A stretch of 64,000 bases of DNA from Octopus vulgaris (lineage: Eukaryota): assembly GCA_951406725.2 (NCBI GenBank), contig OX597814.1, positions 61,442,001 to 61,506,000 of the forward strand, given 5' to 3'. This document shows, piece after piece, positions 12,801-23,880 of the stretch. The position numbers were made by a program, and so were the translations under genes. Position 1 is the first letter of the stretch. Every line of letters begins with the position of its first letter. Under the pieces are notes generated by a model. It saw only the letters and a list, made by a program, of their open reading frames with translations, was not told where the DNA came from and ran no database searches.

Positions 12801-12940
12801 CCAAACCAATCCGGCCTGGACAACACCAGTCCATTACTGCACAAACAGCAGTGATTCGTGGTGGTGGTGGTGGAATAGCTCAAAATGGACCCATACATTC
12901 ATCTACTCCAATTAGAGTAGCACCTGAAAGCAAAGCATAA
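12801..12940 (+). CDS. Khc: Kinesin-1 heavy chain last coding exon (IAK autoinhibitory motif, tail, stop)
   Basis: ttccag|(A)KPIRPGQHQSITAQTAVIRGGGGGIAQNGPIHSSTPIRVAPESKA*; TAA 12938-12940 is followed directly by gtaagt. Confidence 0.95.
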
Positions 12941-13911
12941 GTAAGTATTTATTTCATGATTTTCCATATGTATTTGACATTAGGACTACTAAATTTCATG
13001 AATTTCCATTTTAGTTGGATTATGGTAAATTGGACAATTTTGTGACCCTAGTTGAGAAATATTGGTTTATATTCAATGACATCAGTTCTGATGTATGTTG
13101 TTATTGTTACAGCTACACTTTTTATGGTTTATATGTTAAACCATTCATATATTAGATCTGAGTTTTAACAACACACAGATGTGTTTATCTACTAAACTAG
13201 CGAAATATTTTGGCAACACTGCTTAACAATAATGATAATGTTTAAATACATTATAATATCAGGGACTATTTATTGGAAGATTTTTAGAATTTATTAGTAG
13301 ACTCTTTAAAACTCCCAGTAGTATTTTGCTACCTAGTTTGTTGCAATTTTTAGGGAATTCTGTTTTTGTCTGCTAACAAATGCACAATCTTGTTCATTTA
13401 CTGACTGGTTCTATCATCACTACTTCAAGTGCTGCAAAGTTTTTTTCACTGATGAAATCATAATGCAGCAGAAACATATCTACTGTCATTTCCAGTATTT
13501 ATTGAAATAATTAAAATATTAGTCATTGGCTAATACTGATTTTTTTTTCTTTTTCCTGATAGTTAGCTTTTTAATGCACCCTGCATTAAAATGTGAGTGC
13601 TTATTAAACTACTATGCATCTTTGCTGAAAAGATGCAGATGGAAAAAATTCAGGATTTTTATTACATTCATGAGGATCACATGTATTTGGGAATATCTAT
13701 CTTATTGATTTTGATGTCTTCCTTTTATACTGCATCATTGTTAACAGAAAAATAAGAGTCAGCTAGTGTAAAATTGTAATGATTATCTTCAATATTTTAT
13801 AATACCAAACCTTTAAGGTGAACATCATATATGATAAACTGGTATTTAATTTATCAAAACAACTTTAACTGACTTACTAGCTTTGACTTTACATTCAGTA
13901 TCATTAACAAC

Positions 13912-14227
13912 AGTGGAGGCACAATGGCCCAGTGGTTAGGGCAGCGGACTCGCAGTCGGAGGATCACGGTTTTGATTCCCAGACTGGGCATTGTGTGTGT
14001 TTATTGAGGGAAAACACCTAAAGCTCCACGAGGCTCCAGCAGGGGGGTGGGAGGCGACCCCTGTTGTACTCTTTTGCCCCAACTTTTTCTCACGCTTACT
14101 TCCTGTTTCTTGAGTAACGCTGTGATGGACTGGCGTCCCGTCCAGCTGGGAGAAACACATACACCACAGAGACCAGGAAACCGAGCCCACGAGCCTGGCT
14201 AGGCTTGAAAAGGGTGCATAAATAAAA
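13912..14227 (+). mobile_element. Young tRNA-derived SINE (Meta/V-domain-like core) with 12-bp TSD in the Khc 3'UTR intron
   Basis: A box tggcccagtgg, B-box-like ggttttgattccc, core gatggactggcgtcccgtccag; TSD atcattaacaac at 13900-13911 and 14228-14239. Confidence 0.88.
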
Positions 14228-14557
14228 ATCATTAACAACTAACCTAATCTGTATTGTTTCTGTTCTCTGTAAGCAATTTTTGTGACAATCAATTATCTTC
14301 AGTTAATAAAATAGTATTTTATAAAAATTAATAATGTTTTATGATTAGGGAACAGCAAGCATTTTCTTATTGTGTGATCATGGCTGATATATGTTTGAAT
14401 CCTTTTTAAGATCTTATAGTTAGAGTTTAATAGAGCTGAATAGGCCTGCTCACTATATTTTATGAACAAATGCATATTTTGGTTGTGGCTAATTTCTTTA
14501 AAATCATTTTTCATTTCTATTTACTGTATTTTTCTCTTTCTTTTTTTTTTTTTACAG

Positions 14558-17500
14558 AAGTTGTAAACAACTTATGTTTTTCAAAGAAGAATGGAATATG
14601 AAACTTCCTAGTGCGTTCATTATTTCTAAAACCTTAAAGGAGAACTGTTACTCCTACTTCTACATGAAACGGCATTTTTTCCTAGTGTGTGTCATGTGCC
14701 TTGCTGATACAGTGGAGTGCATGCTGGCTCTTGTCTACCACTGCACAGCACAGGCTGCCATATTGGAGTGATTGAGTGTGTTCTCTAGTGTCAGCCCAGC
14801 ACATGTCCACATTTCCTACAACACAATACTCACTAGCTGACCTCACATGCTTTATTCAATTGCAGCATTATTATTATTATTGTTATTAGATTGTCATTTT
14901 GCTACATATTTGTCCATTGGATTTTAATGTGATTATGGCTTATTTTATTGTCTCATCTATTTTTTTCTTTGCTCTCTAATAATCAGTACGAAAAAAAAAA
15001 GAAAGAAATGATGGCTGAATTATAAACAAAAAACAAATTAGTGAACATGTTGGATCATTTCAATAGAATACTTCACAACATATGTTTGGTCCACTTTGAT
15101 TTCTTGTGAAGATGTTAACCAATCCTCCTAATGGAAGCCAGCCTGATAATTCTCCCTCAACAAAAAAGTTTCATCATAAAAACAATTTTGATTTTTAAAT
15201 TCAAATGTAACAAAACTTTTTCCCAATCACAGAGCAGTGCTTTATTTCAACTTTTGGTTTTTATTAAAAATAGCTTAACATTCATTGTATATAATATATA
15301 TAATACATAGAAACAAAAATAACTACCAACCCTCAACAAAAAATTCAACTGCTTTTTGTTCTTCATATAATGCAGTTTTATTTTAAATACTTAGCTAAAG
15401 AACCAGCTTAGCACTTGGTTTTCTGTATAATTTCTCATTAAATTGGTGACAGATTTTTTTTCATTTGACAAACAGGTATAAAATATTAAATATTTTTGTT
15501 TGAAAATAAAAAAAAGTATCAGCAGATTTTTTACTAGCTCTTATCTTCTGCTGTTGGATAATAGTATAATTTTGTTCATTAAAAAACTGTATCTGAATGT
15601 CAGGAGAAAATGTGTTTAATGATAAATTATGTTTCTTTAAACAGAACACATATATGAGTGGTTTTAGTTAGCTTCAGTAGTGTTTCCAAAGTTAATAATA
15701 GTACTTTAGTGGTAGTGAGGGACTTCTATATATATAATATATATATATGTGTGTGTGTGTGTAACATAATTATTTTATTTTTAAATCCTTAAACAGTTTA
15801 GAATATGAAACAACCAGTTATGTTATTTTGAATATTAATTCTTAGATTTTCTTGATAATATTGATCATCTGTAATGTTATCATTCTTTTTTATACTGGAT
15901 GTGTTTCTGAGCAGGATTAATTTTTATCTTATTTAGTGGTTCAGTTTCAGTTTTGGTAAACAAAATCTACACTGAAACTGAACTAATATTTATACATAAC
16001 AGATCTTCTTCTCAGTAATGTCATCTTTAGCCATCACTGATAAAAAGGTTTTGTTTAAATTCTGTGATTAGGTTCTTCTTTTTAAATAATATTAATGGGA
16101 GATTCTAATCACATGGCACTATCCTTTTTGACTTATAAACACTTCTTATGATTGCTCTGCTGGTAGCTTGAGTCATATTAGTGTGGTTGAAACATTTTTC
16201 TCTTCAGTTATAATATTTAGAGATGTGCATGCATGTGCACACTCTCACACACAGTAGTACATTATATTTTAATTTTTTGCTCGTATTGTTTGAGTTACAC
16301 ATGATCTTGGAAGTATTGTCTCTTGAAAATCTAAGCATGGAATGCTGACCTTCAGTATAATCTGAATTAGTAGCTTAATGGAATAGTTATCAAGAACATG
16401 TGTTTATTACACAAATTGAATCTTGAGGACATCAAACTTTGTTCCACATGTTGGACAAGTTGCTCTGAATTATATTGAGGATTTGGACATCTTTTTTCAT
16501 TGGAGCTGGATGCTATTCTATGGAGATATATAGATTTGGAAATATTTTAGCTTAATTTACAATATACCAACCTATTATATTAATTTGTCTGTTACCAATA
16601 AACAGAAGTCTTAGGATTGAAAGCAGGATTCCTACTTTTGACAAATAATGTTTATTTGATTTTAGCTTAATTATAAGTACATTACATGTAATGGAAGTTC
16701 CTTTCTATTAGAGGTTTTGGCTCCTGCTTCTTGGGTATTACTAGTGTTGTTTTCAGATGCCTGATTATCTAATAATTATGTAGATGTTCAAATTTTTTAT
16801 AGTTATTTAACTTTAAAAAAAATTGTTTTGTCAGTGAATTCTAATTATATTTGACAGGATCATTTATGCTATCAACAATTAGGTATAGAACTAAACAAAA
16901 TATATATACTTTGAAATCTGTCTTCATGAAATGCTCCTATCTTCAAATTTCGGCTGATATTTATTGTCCATATTCTAATATATACATCGCCCTTCCTCTG
17001 CACTTTCTTAGTAAGTCTAATTACCACTGTTTCATATATTTTGGATGTAATTTTAACCATGTTTCATCTAAAAACTATGTAAGAATGGTAATTATGTTCA
17101 GTAACTCATTAATCATATAGACAGAAATATATCATATGAAATCTTAATTTGTTTTCTTTTGTGAGATTTTTATTTATTTCCTTAGGTTTTTTTTTTAACA
17201 AAATTATTATTTCATTATTGTATTGTATGGAAAAGTGAAATCAGTTTTGGTTAATGATGTAAAAGAAAGTGCAGGAACTGGGGTAGGTGTAAATTTCTTG
17301 CAGAAAAAAAGAAAAGATTAAGATACTACCGAGGTCATTTCACTAATATTGATTATACTGAAACAAGTGTTTCAATTTAATGGTTTTATTTTCTTACATT
17401 GGTGTGCATGTATGTGTGGGAATGTGTATGCAATTAACTAAAGAAGTATTTGATGAAAAATAAATCTCATTATGCCAAAATTATTGATTTGGAGGTAAAA

Positions 17501-19730
17501 GATTAACCTGCTTCGTAACATTTTCCAAATTAATGTCTGCAAGAACTTTGTTGGGGTTTAAGCTACAGTTCTAAAATTACTAGTAAAACCAAATAGTTCT
17601 TAATTCTAGCTATTTTTACATGTGTATTTAAAATAATTAAAAGAATAAGGGTGTCTCTTTTAATTATTTTTTAATAACTTGGATAGGTAATGAAATGCAA
17701 TTATTTATATTTAAGATTTGAGTTTCCATCCCTTCTACCAACTCTGATAATCTTGTAGCTTTTATATTTTCCTCCTAATAGTTCTTTTGATTGACAATAT
17801 GATAAGCTGTATGAACATGTTTGTTATTGCTTTTATGTAGCATACAAAATTGTTTTGTTTTGTTGTTGTTTTTTAAATAGCAACCAAACTATATTTATTA
17901 CTCCATGTAAAGTTTTAGATCAATATTTATCTATGCTGCTTGTGCTAAACACTAATTTACCATGTTTGCTAAAATTGTCTTTCAAATTTTTATTCTATTC
18001 ATTCTTTTTTTTTTCTCCTCCCCCTTTTTTTTTTTAGCTATGAAAATTTATTTAAACTCATCTGTGTATACAAATGGTTGCTTCTACAAATTGTTTTTCA
18101 TGTTAATTTTTCTAAAGCCATTTTCAGCAGGTTTTTTTTTTTGTTCCGAAAAGAGTTTGTCTGTGATGTATGTTAGTATGCAACACTGGCTGAAAAAAAA
18201 AAAAGAAAAACACCTCCCCCCTCCAAAAAAACAGAACAGCAACATAACAAAATAAAATAAAAAGGAAGAAAGAAAAAGCAAAGGCAATCTTGTGTCATTT
18301 TATGCTTATCTAGTGCTCCAGAATTTCTTTTGGAATTATAATTCCCTCCAAAATAAATTTTCATTTTTAGACTGCTCTTGTATAATAAAGTTTATGTATT
18401 TTGAATGGATTTTGTTGGATATCATTGATACTTAATTTTTTTATTGCTTTGCTTCTCCCCCTTGTTATGGACAAACTGTAAGTTTACTTTTTAGACTTGC
18501 ATCAGGTTAGCTTAGCTCAGTTGAATAGAGAATTTACTGTGGTTTTCCCCTCTTGTTTTCTTTTTTTCTTTCAATCATAATTCCTATTCATAGCTGTAGC
18601 TTAAGTTATTGCTGCTCTTCAACTAGTTTTCAAGACTTATTAAAACATTCTGTTATTAAAGGTGTTCAAGTTGTTGTTTAAGATTATTAAGTCTGTTGAT
18701 TATTTCCTGTATGATATTTTGCCTTTGTTTTCCTTTTGCTAAAAACAAAACCAATTGTAATAAATTCATTAAAATACTTGTATAAACTTTATATTGAAAT
18801 AAAATGAACAGAATCTTGAAACTGTACATAATCATTTTAGATTTATTTAACATGTTTTTAACTGATACATTTTGTATCTTGTTCCTTATTAGCTTCATTT
18901 AAATTAGTTTTATGACTTCATAACATTCATACTTGCTTTGCACTCCACACACAATCCTGAAACAGAAAAAAATTTCTAAACTAGAATTACTGAAGTTTAT
19001 TAGTGTATACACGCACACACACACACACACACACACATTATGTACAATAGATTTTTACCGATGGAATTTTTTTAAGTTGCAAATAATGTGTAGGTATGTT
19101 TTATGTGAAATTTTGCTCAAGTTCAGTACTTTGTGACTAATTTCTGTTTCACGTTTAAATTTTTTTTTTTTAGTGTGGGTTGGTGGTGGTGGGACTTTAA
19201 TTTGATGAAGTTTTCTTGTGAAAATCAAACTTGAGTACTTTAGATAGCTACTGCTCAAAAGCTAGATATGCCTGCTTGGATTATAAGGATATTTCTACAT
19301 TTGTGTGATTGGATGAAAGTTTAAGAAACCCTATAAAACATTTGAATTTTTTTTTTAAACTCATTTAATTTTGATTTAAAAAAGAAATTATTTTATAGTA
19401 TGTTAGTCTAGATTAAATTTATTTTATGATATTTTGACAAGCATTATTTGTCCTTTTGGTTCTATTTAAACTGAAACAGCTACGGTGTGTATACAAAAAA
19501 GAAAAAAGAAGCATTTTACAAATTTGTTGAGTCATAGTCATTATATTTATTTTATAGGTTATGTAGAATAAGTTGTTCATGCTTAAATATTATATCTGGT
19601 GGCAATATAGTCTGAATTGAAATTTATAAGATATTAACTTAAATTTGGTTTTCTTTGTAAAATTTGAGTTGAGAGCATGTATGTATGAATGTATGTATAA
19701 AATATGAATAAATATTTCCACCAGATACAA
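14558..19730 (+). other. Khc: Putative terminal non-coding exon (long 3'UTR) of the kinesin heavy chain gene; 3' end uncertain
   Basis: Very strong acceptor (long pyrimidine tract + acag at 14557) pairing with the donor at 12941; about 5 kb AU-rich with no recognisable SINE/LINE; several AATAAA (e.g. 18384, 19707). Confidence 0.6.
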
Positions 19731-20114
19731 TTACTGAATCTAATTTTTGCAATGTATTTTTCTTTATATAAATTATGCATTGTCTTATGAGCTGCATAGC
19801 AACCTCAATAGTACAGGTGGCATGAAAATAACACCCAGTGCACATTATAAAGTGCTTGGGATTAGGAATGACATCCAGCTGTAGAAACTATGCCAAAGCA
19901 GATAGCATGATGCAGTCCTTGGACCTATTGGATACTGTCAGCCTACCCAACCCATATCAGCATGGAATATGGACATTAGATGTCAATGATGTGTCTGTCA
20001 GATGATGAAAAAATATACAGAATTAAACACATTTTCATTTAGTCTCAGTATACCCAATTATTTCATCCTAAGAAATCAAGATTTCTCCATCTGAATTATG
20101 GCCTACCTGTAACA

Positions 20115-20351
20115 CAGTGTTTCTCAACCATTTTTTACTTATGGACCCCTTTGATTTCTATTTTACTTCGGTGAACCCTCATACCCATTCATTATTTGGA
20201 ACAAAATCCTGTTATATTTTTACAATTAAATATTATTAGGAATTGTAAAAAAAAAAATTTTAATATTTTGTGTATTGTTAAAGTATAATTAATTTTTTGC
20301 ACATAAATTTTAATGACAAAATCTTATGTGGACCTGGGTTGAGAACCACTG
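20115..20351. mobile_element. hAT (Charlie-like) MITE
   Basis: TIR cagtgtttctcaacc...ggttgagaaccactg; flanks ctgtaaca/cttaaaca as a degenerate 8-bp TSD; related copy at 47912-48234. Confidence 0.75.
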
Positions 20352-20912
20352 CTTAAACAGATACTACTAGAGAAATTAGTATCTGGTAATTTACTACTAA
20401 CAAAGAACATCCAATTAATATTCCACTAGAAATTCATTTTCAATTCTCATACAACACCAACCACATACGTTAGAACTCTTAGCATAATGGATTGTTTGCT
20501 TCTGTTGAGAGGCAAGTGGAAATATAAATTATTTTTGAATTTAGCTTGTGTCACAATTTAAAAATATTGTCCACTTTTCCATGCTTGCATTGGGTCAGAT
20601 GGAATTTGCTAAGGCAGGCTCCATGGCTGGATATCCTTCCTGTAAATAACCCTCAACGTTTTTAAGGAAATTGAAAATGTATGACACCACTTTCAAGGCA
20701 GTGACACTGGTTTACAACTATTATATGATGTCAAGACAAGGACACACATAAACATATTTTATATGATTCAACTAAGCTGTCATCATAGTGGGATTGAGCC
20801 TAAAAGTACAAGGTTGAGGAGCAACTTAATTAACGACACAACCATGTACATGTGTATTTATGTGTGTAATATGTATATTAGATTATAATTTTATAGATAT
20901 TTAGGTATATAT

Positions 20913-20943
<31 letters not shown>

Positions 20944-21104
20944 AAGTGGTTGGTGTTAGGAAGGGCTCAAGCCATAAAAACCTTGCCAAAGCTGACAGTA
21001 AAGCTTGGCACAGTCTTCTGGCTTGCCAACTCTTGTCAGAGTGTCCAACCCATGCCAACATTGGAAGCAGGCATTAAATGATGATATAATATATAAATGT
21101 AATT

Positions 21105-21445
21105 TGCTGTGTGGTAAGAAGTTTGCTTCTCAACCACATTGTTCTGGGTTCAGTCTCACTGTGTAGCACCTTGGGTAAGTGTCTTCTACTATGGCCCCAG
21201 GCTGACCAAAGCCTTGTGAGTGGATTTGGTAGATGGAAACTGAAAGAAGTCCAGCATATCTATGTGTGTCTATATCTTGTCCTCCACCATTGCTTGACAA
21301 CTGGTGTTGGTGTGTTTATGTCCCCATAACTTAGCAGTTTGACAAAACAGACCAATAGAATAAGTGCTGGGGTTGATGCATTCAACTAAAAGTACATTAA
21401 AGTGGTGCCCCAGCATGGCTGCAGCCTAATGACTGAAACAGGTAC
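21105..21445 (+). mobile_element. SINE family A, near full length
   Basis: gctgtgtggtaagaagtttgct...gggttcagtc...caccttggg...gaaactgaaagaag...cagcatggctgcagcctaatgactgaaaca. Confidence 0.85.
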
Positions 21446-21719
21446 AAAAAGAGAGAGAGTGCATGTGTAATAAAGAGCATGAATTATAGCTAAGCTGCAG
21501 TCCTAGATTTGTATGCATTGCTATATATGTTACAAAACATGCTCTTTTATATGTATATATTTGATTTATAAAGGAGATGCAAGAATGTTTATTGATCACT
21601 ATAATTGTTTCCACCCATCTAGCATCAATCTTTCACTGTGAAAGTGAATATGCATTACTTGTAAACTGCCAGGTGTACACCATACGATTTATTATCTAAT
21701 AATATATGTGTGTGTAAAA

Positions 21720-22045
21720 GACAAGACCCCCTTCAGTCATGGATGACCATAGGATTGTACATAGAAATTCCTCCCTTCCCCCACCTTTCAAGATAAGTCA
21801 GGGCAAGTTTGTTTCATGGAAGACCGGCAATTGCCCATGCATACCAGTCTTCCCTCTCCACACCACCAATTCTATCCAAGGGAACGACAAAAGTAATGTC
21901 GCAACTCATTTCTACAGGTGAGTGAACTGGAGCAATGTGAGACAAAGTGTCTTGCTCAAAAATGCAACACAGCCTGGTCTGAGAATTGAACTCACTACTT
22001 CATGATTGTGAGCCTGACGCTAACCACTGAGCCATGTGCCTTCAT
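21720..22045 (-). mobile_element. tRNA-derived SINE family C (CORE-like)
   Basis: Reverse complement starts gaaggcacatggctcagtggttag...gagttcaattctc...ttgagcaagacacttt; related pieces at 49090-49375 and 62504-62735. Confidence 0.75.
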
Positions 22046-22119
22046 GTATGTGATAAAATTAGTGTGGGAAACACCCAAGCTTTATATAGAGCAATAGTCA
22101 GTCATTGATCTTAATTCTC

Positions 22120-22642
22120 CTACTGCACTACATGAAGTATATGCAGTGTGCAAGAGAGAAGACTGTACTGGTATGGCCATGTAATGTGTATGACTGAAAA
22201 CAGTTGCATCAAGAGGTGCCACTCTACAATTGAAGAGGGAACATATGGAAAGGGTAGACACAGGAAGATGTGGGACGAAATGGTGTGAAAAGATCTATAG
22301 ACATTGGGATTCGTAGTGGGGATGACGGAACCAAGACTACTGGTAGTCTGTTGTGCTTGTAAAGATGTTAAGCTAAGTAAAAGTGTGGTTGCCCTTGCAT
22401 ACAGACTTGTCCTCTGCAGCCCTCTCCAGCTGAGCATCCCTAATCTTGCAGGCTCATAGGTGCTGGTGCTATGTAAAAAGCGCCCAGTACATTCCGTAAA
22501 GTGGTTAGTATTAAGAAGGGCATGCAGCCATAGAAATCATACCAAAACGGACATGGAGCTTGAACACCCCTTCATCTGGTCAGCTTCTGTCAAACCATTC
22601 AACCCGTGCCAGGATGGAGAACAGACGTTAAATGATGATGAC
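22120..22642 (+). mobile_element. RTE-like LINE 3' end
   Basis: Decayed ORF2 C-terminus plus 3'UTR ending gacgttaaatgatgatga, the same tail as the 26.7 kb and 50.2 kb copies. Confidence 0.65.
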
Positions 22643-22852
22643 ATTGGAAATCATATGATATATAATATCTATTACATAGGGGCTGGACAGGTGATTGGTA
22701 TGTATTACATCAATAACTTGTTATTTTACTTGACCCTAACATTCATACATACTAACACACAAGAATCTCACATGTGAAATATAATGAACTAAAAAGTTTC
22801 TATAAATAGATTATCTTTGCCCTTCGTAGACAGGAACTCCTTTTGCAGGTGT

Positions 22853-23029
22853 TTAACCCTTTAGCATTCAACCCATCCATATCCAGCCTAAATATTTCAT
22901 TTGTTTTATGTTCAAACCAGCCAGATGCAACCTCTCACACCTACTCTAAAAATAAGCAATCACGCGCTGAAAATCTCAAAGCTGCATGATTAATTCAAAA
23001 CGACATGAATAAATAAGCATTAGGGTTAA
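22853..23029. mobile_element. TTAA MITE family 2 (internally deleted)
   Basis: ttaaccctttagcatt ... agggttaa; matches 35688-35915 and 48841-49060. Confidence 0.75.
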
Positions 23030-23365
23030 ACTCTATAAACAAGGGAGATAATTCCAACAATCAGTTAATCCAAGATTTGACAAACAAGGGCATCACGATA
23101 GATCTTGGCTCTTAAGTCTACTTGCGAAAGCATTGTTTATGTTTCAGTCTTGTTAGATCTTCACAGTATAGCACATTCACATCAATGGGCTTGGACTTTG
23201 AATGATCAAACAGTTGTAGAGAGAGAGGCAGAGTAAAATGACTAATTATGTATCCTGAAAATGGGTAAAAGAGAATACTTGCCCTCAGATTGCAAGGATG
23301 ATGTTAGTTGAAGTTACCCAGCTCACTACGTTTCATGAATGAGACTAAGATATGTGTGTGTGTAT

Positions 23366-23880
23366 GCAGGTGTGTCTATATGGTAAAAAGTTTGCTTTCC
23401 AACCATATGGTTTGGGTTCAGTCGCACTGTGGAGAAAAGTAGCATGTCATCATATATATATATATATATATGTGTGTGTGGGGTGTCTTTATGTTTGTCC
23501 TTCTAGCAGTGCATGACAACTGGTGCTGGTTTGTTTACTTCCCTGTAACTTAGCTTTTTGGCATGAACGACCAATAAAATAAGTACCAGATTTTTTTTAA
23601 AAATTAAATACTGAGGTCAATTCACTTGACTAAAATCCTTCAAGGTGGTGTCCCACATGGCCACAGTTGAATGACCGAAACAAGTAAAAAATAAAGGATA
23701 TATATGGAGAGGGAAGCACAGGCAAAGGCTTGTGGTCAAGAAGTTCTCTTCCCAACCAATTGGCCTTGGATTCAATCTCATTGCACTGTACTTTGGCTAA
23801 GTGTCTTCTATATAGCTCAGGGCCAACCAAAAACTTGTGAGTGGACTTGATAAACAGAAATAGAAAGAAGCCCATTGTAT
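23366..23880 (+). mobile_element. Two tandem SINE family A copies (second is 3'-truncated)
   Basis: Family A heads at ~23366 and ~23716; family tail at ~23690. Confidence 0.7.

Noticed and set aside
13912-13990. tRNA gene
   Set aside because: The tRNA-like head continues into a SINE body bounded by a TSD
14574-14771. 65-aa ORF after the 14557 acceptor as an extra Khc coding exon
   Set aside because: Khc already terminates at 12940; no kinesin similarity
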